Program-made: the position numbers and the translations under genes
Assembly: GCA_951406725.2 (NCBI GenBank)
Contig: OX597827.1
Span: 17,546,001 to 17,610,000, forward strand
Length of the DNA: 64,000 nt
Reading direction: 5' to 3'
Origin: Octopus vulgaris
Taxonomy: Eukaryota
Notes under the pieces: generated by a model
What the model was told of the DNA's origin: nothing
Databases searched by the model: none
Seen by the model: only the letters and a program-made list of their open reading frames with translations
Shown: positions 14,835 through 27,274 of the stretch, one piece after another
Layout: each line of letters begins with the position of its first letter
How positions within the stretch are numbered: the stretch's first letter is position 1

Positions 14835-15145
14835 AATCTCTAAAATGCGATGACAATGGACGTCAAGACCATCAGTGGCGGAATAAGATGCGGACGCTGG
14901 AACTGGATCGGCCACGTTCTCAGACAAGATCGAGCCGGCGATTGTATGGCGATACTAAAGAGGTAGCCTGCGGGGAAAAGATCAGCCCCCATCCCCGCGC
15001 CAAAACAACATGGTGAAGAACAATTGACAAGATAAGGAGACAGGAAGGGTGAAGTTGAAATGAGATCAGAATGCTTGTCGAAAATCAGAGTTGGTTGGAA
15101 AGATCGTGTTGCGGTTTTATGTGCCTCGTCACACACAGAGCTAAT
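14835..15145 (+). mobile_element. Decayed 3' end of an RTE-type LINE
   Basis: Plus frame IRCGRWNWIGHVLRQDR...P.GKR matches the RTE-family RRWRWIGHVLR...W.P.GKR..GRP motif; contains stops. Confidence 0.7.
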
Positions 15146-16507
15146 TATCTCATATATTTAGCAATAATTAGAAGTATATTATACAAAGCTTCCTTTGATT
15201 ATGGTAGTGAGAGCCTGGTTTTAAATTTTGGCTATTACCACAAGGTTGAGCGTTACGGAAGAATATCGCTTCCAGACGCGAACATGTCTCATGGCGACAA
15301 AAGAGGCGTTGTAGAGAATTAGATACATAAATTAATGTATTAAACCCGAATATTGTCCACATCAATCTCACCATTAATTATGGACGCACAAAAAACATAC
15401 TACTTTCCTCCTCATCCTCGTCCTCATATTACCCTTGCTCTCCCTCGTCCTCATATTATCCTTCCTCTCCCTCGTCGTCATTCAACTATTTCCCCGCCAC
15501 CTGCATTGAATAACTTATCTTGACTATTAGAAAAAATTCGATGCAAATTTATGACCTTCACATAAAAGCTACATTTTAAAATTATTTTCAAATATTTTAC
15601 AAGTGTAAATGCAATTAAGAATTCAGCTCACATCTACTTTCACTATCTCGTTGGGGAACCGAAATTTGCATATTCTATCAATTTTGTGCGCATACATGAT
15701 TAAAAATTATAGAAAGTAACCAAGGAGGTGTTGTATAAAACATTTTAATAAAGATTTGTTTGATCAGTCCGATAGATTGTGAAAACAGCTATAATGAACT
15801 ATTCTGAATTGTAAAATAAGAAAATAAATCGCAAATGTGTAAATTATAATGTCGCAAAAAAAATAGAAACCTTTGACTTTACGGCGTGTCAGATACAGTG
15901 TATTCTTTCTAGCTTGCAGTAATTTTCTGGCTAACAGCACACGTGAAGACGGGTAATCATACAAGCGTGCATACGCTTATATAAAAATGTGTGTGTGAAT
16001 CTCTGTTGAGTATCAGCATGGTGACTGATCGTGTATAAATGTATGTTTATATTATATATATATGTATTTATGTATCTTTGCACGTAATGTATGTATGAAT
16101 GTATGTACGTATATATATAAATGTATGTACGTATATATTTTACCAAATATATACGTTTTATTTATTATTTTGCACATTACTTAATCATTGGTATATGTTT
16201 TTATCTTGTATTTAATTTTTTCTATGGGATGTAATTTTTTTTCTATATGATATAATTAAATATTTTCATTGCTGAATTGATAAAAGGTGTGGGGGGGTTC
16301 TAATTTATATATATATTTTATATTTTGTGAAATTTGATTTAGTATTTCTAAATTAAATTTTTCCCTGTAAGTTTGGAATAATATTTCCTAATATATAGAA
16401 ACTCTACAAGAAGTATTGAGTAATCTCTTCTCGTTGGTTCAAAATGCAGGAACATTCATATACATACATACATACATACATACATACATACATACATACA
16501 TACATAC

Positions 16508-17408
16508 ATTGATTGTCTTATTGAATAGATGAAATGTTGAATATCAAATATTAAGGGACTAGTATACTTTCTTGCATTAAAGCAGTCTTCAAGGTCCCAA
16601 GTTGTGACAGGAGTGTTTCAACTGTTGAAACACTCCTGTCACAACTTGGGACCTTGAAGACTGCTTTAATGCAAGAAAGTATACTAGTCCCTTAAAACAC
16701 TCCTGTCACAACATGGGACCTTGAAGACTGTTTTAATGCAAGAAAGTATACTAGTCCCTTAAAACACTCCTGTCACAACTTGGGACCTTGAAGACTGCTT
16801 TAATGCAAGAAAGTATACTAGTCTCTTAAAATACTGCTGTCACAACCTGCGACCTTGAAGACTGCTTTAATGCAAGGAAGTTTACTAGTCCCTTAAAACA
16901 CTCCTGTCACAACTTGGGACCTTGAAGACTGCTTTAATGCAAGAAAGTATACTAGTCTCTTAAAATACTGCTGTCACAACCTGCGACCTTGAAGACTGCT
17001 TTAATGCAAGGAAGTTTACTAGTCCCTTAAAACACTCCTGTCACAACTTGGGACCTTGAAGACTGCTTTAATGCAAGAAAGTATACTAGTCCCTTAAAAT
17101 ACTGCTGTCACAACCTGCGACCTTGAAGACTGCTTTAATGCAAGAAAGTATACTAGTCCCTTAAAACACTCCTGTCACAACCTGGGACCTTGAAGACTGC
17201 TTTAATGCAAGGAAGTTTACTAGTCCCTTAAAACACTCCTGTCACAACCTGGGACCTTGAAGACTGCTTTAATGCAAGGAAGTTTACTAGTCCCTTAAAA
17301 CACTCCTGTCACAACCTGGGACCTTGAAGACTGCTTTAATGCAAGAAAGTTTACTAGTCCCTTAATATTTTATATTCAATATTTTATCTATTCAATAAGA
17401 CAATCAAT
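16508..17408. mobile_element. Fold-back element (inverted arms centred at 16623) enclosing a tandem array
   Basis: 16508-16622 is the reverse complement of one 67-bp unit plus 17365-17408. Confidence 0.8.
16628..17364 (+). repeat. 11 x 67-bp tandem repeat, each unit with a hammerhead-like fold
   Basis: Unit AAACACTCCTGTCACAACTTGGGACCTTGAAGACTGCTTTAATGCAAGAAAGTATACTAGTCCCTTA; exactly 737 bp; two variants alternate in units 3-8. Confidence 0.9.
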
Positions 17409-17912
17409 ACTTCGTTTCATTTTATCATATATATATTATTTATACTATATATTCTATATTCTACATTAATATCATAAAGAATATAAATAAAACATAAAAA
17501 CAGAGTTGAATTTCTGAATAATATATATATCACACTCATATACATAATATATGCATATATATATATATATTAGAAAATTGAGGTAATCAGATTCATATTG
17601 TAGATATTTATTTATATTACATTTTACAATATATATCGAATGATATGATATATATGTAAAAATGTAATATAAATAAATATCTACAAATATGAACCATCTG
17701 ATGATACCTCAATTTTCTAATATATATATATATATGCATATATGTATGTATATGAGTGTGCATATATATATTATTCAAAGAAATTCAAGTTTTTATGTTT
17801 ATTTATATTCTTTATGATATTAATGTAGAATATAGAATATATAGTATAAATAATATATATATAAATGAAACGAAGTATTGATTGTCTTATTGAATAGATA
17901 AATATTGAATAT
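17372..17912. repeat. Imperfect ~540-bp AT-rich palindrome, centre ~17640
   Basis: Arms match as reverse complements with scattered small indels. Confidence 0.8.
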
Positions 17913-17941
17913 ATATATACACACTCATATACATACATATA

Positions 17942-17986
<45 letters not shown>

Positions 17987-18148
17987 AAGATCAACAAATA
18001 CCTTGTACCTCTTCAATCTCCTCCGCATGATGTATGTCCAAGTGCTTTCCCTGTCATCATTAGATATTTCAATAAATATTGCTAATCTTATCTATAATCG
18101 TAGCCAACGGATCTTAAGACAAATCCACTAGACTTTAACAGCAAAGAC

Positions 18149-18206
<58 letters not shown>

Positions 18207-18421
18207 TATTATCTTTAATATAAATCATCCTAACAGATAATGTGATATAGATTCGTTCCTTGAGTCATGTCGTAACTTCTACAGGTTAAAAATAGTATGA
18301 TATATATATACTCTTGTTTCGACTTCTTTCTGTTTTGTTTGCCCTTCCTAACACACACACAAACATACATATATACATATATCTATTATGTGTGTGTGTG
18401 TTTGTGTATGTATACATGTGA

Positions 18422-18469
<48 letters not shown>

Positions 18470-18512
18470 CTATTTATATATCTATATACATATATATATA
18501 TAAATATAAATA

Positions 18513-18549
<37 letters not shown>

Positions 18550-18561
<12 letters not shown>

Positions 18562-19037
18562 AAACAAGTCAAAAATAGAAAATGCTAAGATGATTTTATA
18601 GTGAATCTTTCAGTACCGGTTTCGGTCATTTTGAGACCTTTTCAACTGTAACGATTAAATAATTAAATTTAGAAAAATTAGAAGAAAAGTTTTTTTAAAA
18701 GAATATTTCTGTAGTAGTGTTCAGATATAAGTAGCATTCTGCCTTTCTCTGACTCCCTTGTTTGCACTTGTGTGTTCGAGGTCGAACACACAAGTGCAAA
18801 CAAGGGAGTCAGAGAAAGGCAGAATGCTACTTATATCTGAACACTACTACAGAAATATTCTTTTAAAAAAACTTTTCTTCTAATTTTTCTAAATTTAATT
18901 ATTTAATCGTTACAGTTGAAAAGGTCTCAAAATGACCGAAACCGGTACTGAAAGATTCACTATAAAATCATCTTAGCATTTTCTATTTTTGACTTGTTTT
19001 TTCATATATATCAACTCGTGTGTTCCTTTCCACCCTT

Positions 19038-19040
<3 letters not shown>
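18550..19040. mobile_element. Penelope-like pLTR fragment with an inverted duplication (perfect ~230-bp arms, centre 18780/18781)
   Basis: Perfect palindrome 18550-19011 with a 2-nt GG centre; homologous to 54683-54900; carries a hammerhead motif. Confidence 0.7.
18913..18950 (+). ncRNA. Minimal type I hammerhead ribozyme motif, U3-A8 variant (mirror copy at 18611-18648, minus strand)
   Basis: cag-TTGAAAA-ggtc tcaaaat gacc-GAAA-ccgg-TA-ctg: stems I and II pair, stem III is palindromic, GUA cleavage triplet. Confidence 0.6.
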
Positions 19041-19092
<52 letters not shown>

Positions 19093-19590
19093 TATAAGTA
19101 TAAATATATGACTAAGAACGAGAAAAAGAAAATGGTTACAGAACTCTACTTTGGGAAAAGAAAGACAGTTTTTGCTTCTTCTAATTAGAAGCTACAGGTT
19201 CCAATCGCCTTAAGACCATCTATTCATATTATTATATTAGAATAAAAGAGAAAATGAATTAAAATAAAGTAAATTAAATTAGTGTTTGATTTTATCACTT
19301 CTGGTAATTAATGCTTCATTTTGTGTTCAGTTGTAAAAGTAATTTAGCGAATTTAACATTAAACTGAAGTATTTATGAGGTATTAAATTTTTTATTAAAT
19401 TTTTACATAAGAAGGGTGACAGTGACTTCGAACTTTCAGCCTGGTAGCCTTCGTTGAACCGCTTATATGTGTGTGTATATCTGTGTGCATCTGTGAGTGC
19501 ATGTGTGTGTGTATGTTTGTGTATGCGTATTATCACACATACATCAGCTCATACACATTATTATGAATACATTATTATTATTATTATTAT

Positions 19591-19822
19591 TGGCACCTTG
19601 GGCAAGTGCCATCTACTATAGCCTCGGGACGACAAAAAGCTTTGTGAGTGGATATGGTAGACGGAAACTGAAAGAAGCCCGTCGTATATATATATACATA
19701 TATATATAGTGGCACCTTGGGCAAGTGTCTTCTACTATAGCCTCGGGCCGACCAAAGCCTTGTGAGTGGATTTGGTAGACGGAAACTGAAAGAAGCCCGA
19801 CGTATATATGTATATTTATATG

Positions 19823-19878
<56 letters not shown>

Positions 19879-19888
19879 TGTGTGTGCA

Positions 19889-19935
<47 letters not shown>

Positions 19936-20140
19936 GTGTGTGTTCGTGTTTGTCTCCCCAACATCGTCTGACAACCGATGCTGGTGTGTCTACGTCCCCG
20001 TAACTTAGCGGTTCGGCAATAGAGACCGATGGAATAGGCGGCTTACAAAGAATAAGTCCTTGGGTCGATTTGCTCGACTAAAGGCGGTGCTCCAGCATGG
20101 CCACAGCCAAATGACTGAAACGAGTAAAAGAGTAAAAGAG
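19591..20140 (+). mobile_element. SINE family A, headless, with a tandem partial duplication
   Basis: TGGCACCTTGGGCAAGTG...CGTCGTATA occurs twice (19591 and ~19710), followed by body and tail. Confidence 0.8.
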
Positions 20141-20477
20141 TATATAGCAGTTATGAACCTGCATTTGACATAAAATTTCTCGATGCCTCATATCAAGCTT
20201 CTTTAATCTTCTTTGTATATTTAACTATGTTCTGAAATTATCAACTTAGTGCTACGATATCTTCTGACATTGCAAGAAACGTTTGGTTGTACATTTTCTT
20301 CTAAAGTTTTCATCAGGTCGTTTAAAACAGCAGACGATATCGTTTCTTCTTCCATCTTAATCTTTGTGACATTCGCTGAATATGGATTACAAACCATTTG
20401 AAACCCCGGCTGCATTGTTCGTCTGCCTTTGTGGCAACCATTCAGTGATATATTGAATCACTAAAACAGATTGTATT

Positions 20478-20725
20478 TTCTCTTTTATCTGTTTCATTCA
20501 TTATGGTGTGGCAATGCTGGGGCACCGTCTTGCATTTTCGACCCCAATATTTATTTTTTTTTATTTTTGCCTGGTACTTATTCTATCAATCTCGTTTACC
20601 GAACTGCTAAGTGACGGACACGTGAGCACACCAACACTGGTCGATAAGTGGCGGTGGGGGACAAACACAGACACAAAACACACACATACATATACACATA
20701 CATACACACACACACATACACACGC

Positions 20726-20759
<34 letters not shown>

Positions 20760-20915
20760 GTGTATGTATGTATGTATATATATATGACAGGCTTCTTTCA
20801 GTTTCCACAAGGCTTTGGTCGGCCCAGAGCTATAGAAGAAGACACTTGCCGAAGGTGCCACAAAGTGGGACTGAACCCCAAACCATGTTGTTTGGAAATA
20901 AGCTTTTTACCACAA
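20478..20915 (-). mobile_element. SINE family A, diverged
   Basis: Diverged reverse-complement match. Confidence 0.7.
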
Positions 20916-21597
20916 GCTCAAATATTTATGATAAATTATAATTGGAATAACTGTTCGGAATAAGAGACTGATACAACAATTATTACTAATAATTTAATTC
21001 TTGTGTCGCTTTGTTTGTCTAAATCTTTCGAGGTGGTGTTCCAGTATGGCCGTAGTCCAATGCCATAAACAAGCTGAAGAAAAAAGATAAAGATAGAGAT
21101 TCATTAATAAATTGGTTGATGCTGCTTCAGGTACACTTGCGCCCCCCGAAAAGCTGGACATGGAGACCAACTTCGTTCGATCATGGGCGTCTTGGAGTCG
21201 GAACAACAAAACAACAGCAATAAACATGACACAGATTGCTGAACAACAACAAACATGACATAGTTTGCCATTTCCAGTGAGATATATACAAATCGGTTAA
21301 ATAACAATGATATATAAACGAGGACAAAAGCTCTGACATTTAAAATTGGCCTTTATTTCCTATACAGCTGAAACTATACTACACGTCATTAAGCAGTAAC
21401 TACTTATGGAATTTATATGGAGTAGAATTATTGTTCTACTTCGCAGAAGAATTGCCGGGTGCTAGTTTTTGTTTCTTTTCCTTTCCTCTTCCTTTTTTTC
21501 TTCTTTGTTGTTGGTTGCAAGCATACAGTAACCTGGAAAATGCTTATTTCATTTTATTTTATTTTATTTTATTTTATTTTAATTTTGCTTTCAACAG

Positions 21598-21666
21598 ATT
21601 CGTCGGGAAGGAAGCCGGAATATAAAATATTTTACATGGCCTTCAAAGCTGCTGGTCTTGGTCGCG
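21598..21666 (+). CDS. Internal exon of paralogue 2 (xSSGRKPEYKIFYMAFKAAGLGR)
   Basis: Long T-rich tract ending ttcaacag|, donor CG|gtaaga, 69 nt, phase 1/1 and in frame with 27275. KPEYKIFYMAFK aligns with KQDYDIFGMALR of paralogue 1. Confidence 0.75.
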
Positions 21667-21750
21667 GTAAGAATTGGAAGGAGCAAGATTAGAATCCATA
21701 GATTAGAATCGCAAATACTTTTCAACGTAGTAAACTTCGCTAAATGTATT

Positions 21751-22165
21751 GGATATTTTCGGTTTGAACGACATTTTTTTCTAGCGGTGTCATATGAAAT
21801 TGTCACCCATAATTACGACCCTAGTATCGATCTATTGAATTTCAATCTATTTTAGGGTTAGGGTTAGGGGTAGGGGGAAGGGTATGTTTTTTCTTCATAA
21901 ATGTAAATAAACCCAATCTGTTTCTTAAACGAGGGACATATTCATACGGCACAGAATGTTGCTTACCTCAATGGACGTCAGTGATTGGTTGAAATTGCAG
22001 AAACTGAAGAAAAAAACAACAAATATCTTACAAACTATAGAATTTTCTCAATAAAGCCAAGAGAAAAAGATGTTTTATAAACACATTCTACCAGTATACG
22101 AAGTTTAAAATTTTTTAGTTACCTAGAAGTTATGTTAAAAACTGCCGTTCAAACCGAAAAGATCC
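21751..22165 (-). mobile_element. Merlin-like non-autonomous DNA transposon (MITE)
   Basis: TIRs GGATCTTTTCGGTTTGAACGGCAGTTTT; 8-bp TSD aatgtatt/aatgtatc. Confidence 0.8.
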
Positions 22166-22270
22166 AATGTATCTTTAATTCATATAAGAATGTTAAACCA
22201 CGTGACAGATTGGACTTCAATGGATTCCAGGCTGTGGTAGAAAACAATCCTAAAATATTTCACCTGACTT

Positions 22271-23040
22271 AGGCGGTGAGCTGGCAGAGTCGTTAGCCCG
22301 CCGGACAAAACAGTAGAATTCTGGGATCTTTTCAGTTTGACCGGCAGTTTTTTTTAAAATAATTTCCACGTAACTAAACACTTTTAAACTTTGTATACTG
22401 GTAGAATGTGTTTATAAAATATCTTTTTCTCTTGGCATAATTGAGAAAATTCTATAGTTTGTAAGATATTTATTTTTTTTCCCTTCAATCTCTGCAATTT
22501 CAACCAATCAATGACGTCTATTGAGTTAAAAAGCATTCTGTGCCGTATGAATATGTCCCTCGTTTAAGAAACAGATTGGGTTTATTTACATTTGTGAAGA
22601 AAAAAATATACCCTTCCCCCACCCTAACTCTAACCCTAAAATAGATTGAAATTCAATAGATCGATACTAGGGTCGTAATTATGGGTGACAATTTCATATG
22701 ACACCGCTAGAAAAAAATGTCGTTCAAACCGAAAATATCCAATACATTTAGCGAAGTTTACTACGTTGAAAAGTATTTGCGATTCTAATCTATGGATTCT
22801 AATCTTGCTCCTTCCAATTCTTCCAATTTCATATGACACCGCTATAAAAAACTGCCGTTCAAACCGAAAAGATACTACTTCTATCCGGCTTTGCGTTCTG
22901 AGTTCAAATTTCGCCGACGTCGACTTTGCCTTTCATCTTTTCGGGATCGATAAAATAAGTACCTGCTGAGCACCGGGGTCGATGTAATTGACTTACCCCT
23001 TACTCCAACCTTGCTGGCCTTGTGCCAAAATTTTAAACCA
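22271..23040 (+). mobile_element. SINE family C interrupted by the MITE at 22324-22875
   Basis: Head AGGCGGTGAGCTGGCAGAGTCGTTAG before the MITE; body GTTCTGAGTTCAAATTTCGCCGACGTCGAC after it. Confidence 0.7.
22324..22875 (+). mobile_element. Merlin-like MITE with a captured 82-bp flank and a duplicated right end
   Basis: Same family as 36486-36907; 22741-22822 is the reverse complement of 21669-21750. Confidence 0.8.
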
Positions 23041-24195
23041 TCATCATTGCTATTGTTATTATTGTTATTTGTAAGGCGGGTGAGCTGGCAGAATCTTTAG
23101 CATGCCGGAGAAAATGGCTGAAACAAGTAGAAGATAAAAAATACGTGTGCGCGCGCGTGTGTGTGTGCGTGTGTGTGCTTATGTGTGTGCGTGTGTGTGC
23201 TTATGTGTGTGTGTGTGTGCGTGTGTGTGCTAGTGCATGTGTGTGCGTGTATGTGTGTGTGTGTATGTGTGTGTGTATGTGTGTATGTGTGTATGTGCGT
23301 GTATGTGTGTGCGTGTATGTGTGTGTGTATGTGTGTGTGTGTGTGTGTGTGTGTCCGTGTGTCCGTGTCTACTTAGAACGGTTGACGATGATACTGATAA
23401 CAGGGGTAGTAATGATTGCAGTGGAGTTGGTGGTGATTAAGAAGCTGTATTTGCGAAGGTGGCCTCGACGGTCATTGCGATAGAAACGGTTATTGTGTTG
23501 ATGCTAGCAGTATTGGTTAAAAACGTGACGCATTGTGAATACTTCTGTATAAGCTTCTTGGTTGTGCATCTGCGAGATAAAGAAATCATATTGCTTTTAT
23601 TTTACTTCATTCAAATTTTCTTGATATAATATGTGTCTCTATTGACAGAATGATGAATAAAATATTGAAAGAATTCCGCTGGGTTTGTTGTCTGAAACTC
23701 GCTGTTACATTCTGCAATTTTGATGTAGACAATGCAATTTCTTCTAGAATTCTGTATGAAGAAATATCATATGTTTTTCACTGTAGCCAAACGACTTGTA
23801 GAAGTATTATACAGCAATGCTAGTACATATGCTAGCGTATAATAATTATCACTTACGTGAGATCATAAGGTCATCACATGTAAAGCCAATAATACTGTCA
23901 GATGTATCAACAAATGGAGGAATACAACGACTACTTGTCTGTAATTCTACAAGTAGTTATCATTTTGCCATAAGATTTAACTAACGAGAGGTCCAACACC
24001 TGCAAAAAATAGTAGCCAAATCTCATTCAAATCGCGTCTTACTCTCTTAAAAAGAGCAAAACAAGAATAGGCTAAATATAGTCCCTATACACTATGTCTT
24101 AAATAAATTTAAGAAAGTCCTGTACCCTATGTCTTAAATAAATTTATGAAAAGATGGTCACGACTTGAATAGGATTGATTATGTATATGTTTTGT

Positions 24196-24498
24196 GGAGG
24201 CACATGGCTTAGTGGTTAGAGCAGCGGAGTCGCGGTCGAGGGATCGCGGGTTCGAATCTCAGACCGGGCGATGTGTGTGTTTATGAGCGAAATACCTAAG
24301 CTCCACGCGTCTCCGGCAGAAGGTAATAGCGAACTTCTGCTGACTCTTTCGCCACAACTTTCTCTCACTCTTTCCTCCTGCATCTTGCAGCTCACCTGCG
24401 ACGGACCGGTGTCCCGTCCAGGTGGGGAACCTATACGCCAAAGAAACCGGGAAACCGGCCCTTATGAGCCAGGTGTAGCTCGAGAAGGTACAAACAAT
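24196..24498 (+). mobile_element. tRNA-derived SINE family B (head GGAGGCACATGGCCTAGTGGTTAGAGCAGCGG)
   Basis: A box TGGCTTAGTGG, B box GGTTCGAATC; five near-identical copies in the window. Confidence 0.9.
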
Positions 24499-24664
24499 GT
24501 ATATGTTGTATCTGAGCCTAGCTACAATTTTACAGTGCGACATATAATCTGCATCAGGGGTATATGTGTTACATGAAGTGAAATGAAATTTAATTGACTG
24601 AAATTCTAAAACCGCATCAATATCGCATTTGGTAGGTGATATCAGTATGACGTAGTAAATAATA

Positions 24665-25057
24665 ATACTTTCTATTATAGGGACAAGGCCTGAAATTTGG
24701 GGGAGGGGGATAGCCTATTACCTCGACCCCAGTGTATAAGTGGCACTTAATTTATAGACCCTGAAAGGATGAAAGATAACGTCGACTTCGGCGGAAACTC
24801 AGAACGTAGCGTCGGGCGAAATACCTATTTCTTTACTATCCACAAGGATCCAAAAACAGAGAGGACAAACAACGACAGACAAACAGATTAAGTCGATTAT
24901 ATCGATCCCAGTGCGTAACTGGTACTTAATTTATCGAACCCCGAAAGGATGAAAGACAAAGTCGACCTCGGTGGAATTTGAACTGAGAACGTAACGGCAG
25001 ACGAAATACCGCTAAGCATTTCGCCCGCCGTGCTAACGATTCTGCTAGCTCGCCGCC
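24665..25057 (-). mobile_element. SINE family C, two internal units
   Basis: Homologous to 14026-14657. Confidence 0.85.
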
Positions 25058-26001
25058 TTAGTGTAGTAAATAGTAATACCACATGTGCTATGTATTATTA
25101 TGACATGTTGGAGACGACAGTTAAATGCGATATAGTTAATCAGAATACTAACAATTATCCAAACTGTGCCAACAAACGATTCATCTGTGAAACTCTTAGC
25201 AATGTCATATATATTAAACTGTAAATTTATCCGAAATCCATGGTCAAATTAGTGCTACATGTTCAAGACTGAACCAGTGCAATGTATAATGTAACAGTAC
25301 TACATGTACAAGGCTGTAACTAGACACCACCAGTTTATTACAAAGTACAGACCTAGACTCCGAGACAATATTTCACACACGGTGAACATGTCAATGAAAA
25401 CTTTTAATTGTGAGAAAAAGTGTGTGGAAACTATCTGAAAGTATCTATTAGTGAATATAAAGTAAAATATCGTGAACAGTTTTTCTATTTACTGTGTAAA
25501 TCACCTGCTGCAATATTGTTTACTAAAGACTTTAGATAACCCTTCCATCTATTTTTCTTTAACCTTTATCTCCACCACTTTATCTCTTTATTTGTTAATA
25601 TATTTATTTTTTCTTTAGCATTCTCTCTCCAATCTATCATCTGTTTAGTTCATTTTCCCTCCCCACCAGCTGATCGTCTGTTTTCTTCATTCTTTCTCCA
25701 TCCCCACCAACTATCGTCTGTTTTGGTCACCAACCTCCCCTTCAAGTTCTCGTCTGCTTTGTTGATTCACCTGTCTGACATTAAACAGAGCAACCACTTA
25801 TATGCTATTATATATATTTTATCCAGCAGAAATTATCTGCTAATATTGTTTAATCTAATTGAGGGACAGTGATATAACTATAAATACAGGGATAACTTTC
25901 AACTTTATCCATCATTCTTTTATTGGTTTGAAACTTATTCAATACTGCTCTCACTATGAACTCACTATGCGTAGTATTCTGTTTTCTCGCTGTCTCTGTA
26001 G

Positions 26002-26037
26002 TGACATCTGATGCGTTCAACTTTATAGGTGGATATG
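26002..26037 (+). CDS. Candidate 36-nt internal exon of paralogue 2 (VTSDAFNFIGGY)
   Basis: Acceptor ttctcgctgtctctgtag|, perfect donor ATG|gtaagt, phase 1/1, no stop, keeps frame between 21666 and 27275. Confidence 0.45.
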
Positions 26038-27113
26038 GTAAGTCACATATTGCGCTTTTCTAAATTTTATTTTGGATTCTGTCTGTGTCTATGGTAAGTT
26101 ATTCTTTTATGGCCAACTGTGTGTTTCTTTATGTGTCTCTCATAAGCATATATAATGCTTTGGTTTGTGCTTGTGTCTGCGTTTGTCTCTACCTCTGTCT
26201 CTCTTCACTTCCGCTCTCTACTTTCATTCATTCTTCTCTCCGCTTGTACATTCTATTTCATGTGGCTTCTTTCATTTTTCCTTCTTTTCATTTTATTTAT
26301 TATTATATATTTTTTTTCGCGAAATATTTTTTTAAAGATGAAGGATAAAAGGAACAAGAGAGAAAACATGAAAGTGGCAGAATAAGATAGAAAGTGAAGA
26401 TGGAGTCGAAAGACACGTAACAGAGCGGAAGTGTTTAATCTATTTTGCTCTAAGAAAATATCACAATGTGCTGTAGTTCACTGCGCTGTTTGCATTAACA
26501 AGACACTGAGAGCGAGAGTCTTATATTATAGATTAAGTGATTCATGCAAATGTGTCGTCCGGCAGACAAAATGGCGAACGTGTTACCTTTCAGTAAGAGA
26601 TGTGATGAAAGAGTTTTTCCACCTCTATGAGTTCATTCTTAAGGATAGCAATCTTTAACCCGAACAAATTAAACAAAAGTGTTGGTTCACACGAGACAGG
26701 TATACCGGTCGTATTCACCGTTATATTTTCGAAAAGAAATCTGAGAGCAACTGCTAGGTTGACAGCTTACGATTGTCCACCAAGAATCCTGGGTCTTACA
26801 CCGATTTCTCCAGATATTTCTGCTAGGAAAGTATCACTCCATGTTGCACCCCAGGTTAGTGACTTATTGCCCACGAAACGGGAAGTTTATGGTGTCATTT
26901 TTTTTACTGTCCTGTCAGTCTAAGTTTAATCATTGAAAATACAATGTAAAACTGGTTGTGTCTAAACCACGTTAACTAATAATATTTAGGTGGGTGAAGG
27001 TACATCGAGAGAAAAGCAGTTGCTTCACAGTTAGAATACGTAGACTCACAACGTATTTTGTGTCGTTCGCAGATCCGAAATTCAAACCTAACTGAAACAC
27101 AATTCACAGATAG

Positions 27114-27212
<99 letters not shown>

Positions 27213-27274
27213 TGTGTGTGTGTGTGTGTGTACGTTTAACATGAATTTAAATGTGCATCGTTTATTCGTTGCAG

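Noticed and set aside
16628-17364. CRISPR-like array
   Set aside because: Units are contiguous and near-identical with no unique spacers, there are no cas genes, and the context is eukaryotic.
21540-21597. In-frame signal peptide MLISFYFILFYFILILLST for paralogue 2
   Set aside because: It is the (ATTTT)n acceptor tract; hydrophobic translation is expected by chance, and paralogue 1 has a phase-1 acceptor at the equivalent position. Not fully excluded.
24196-24270. tRNA gene
   Set aside because: The tRNA-like A/B boxes continue into a conserved SINE body in all copies, with no complete cloverleaf or terminator.
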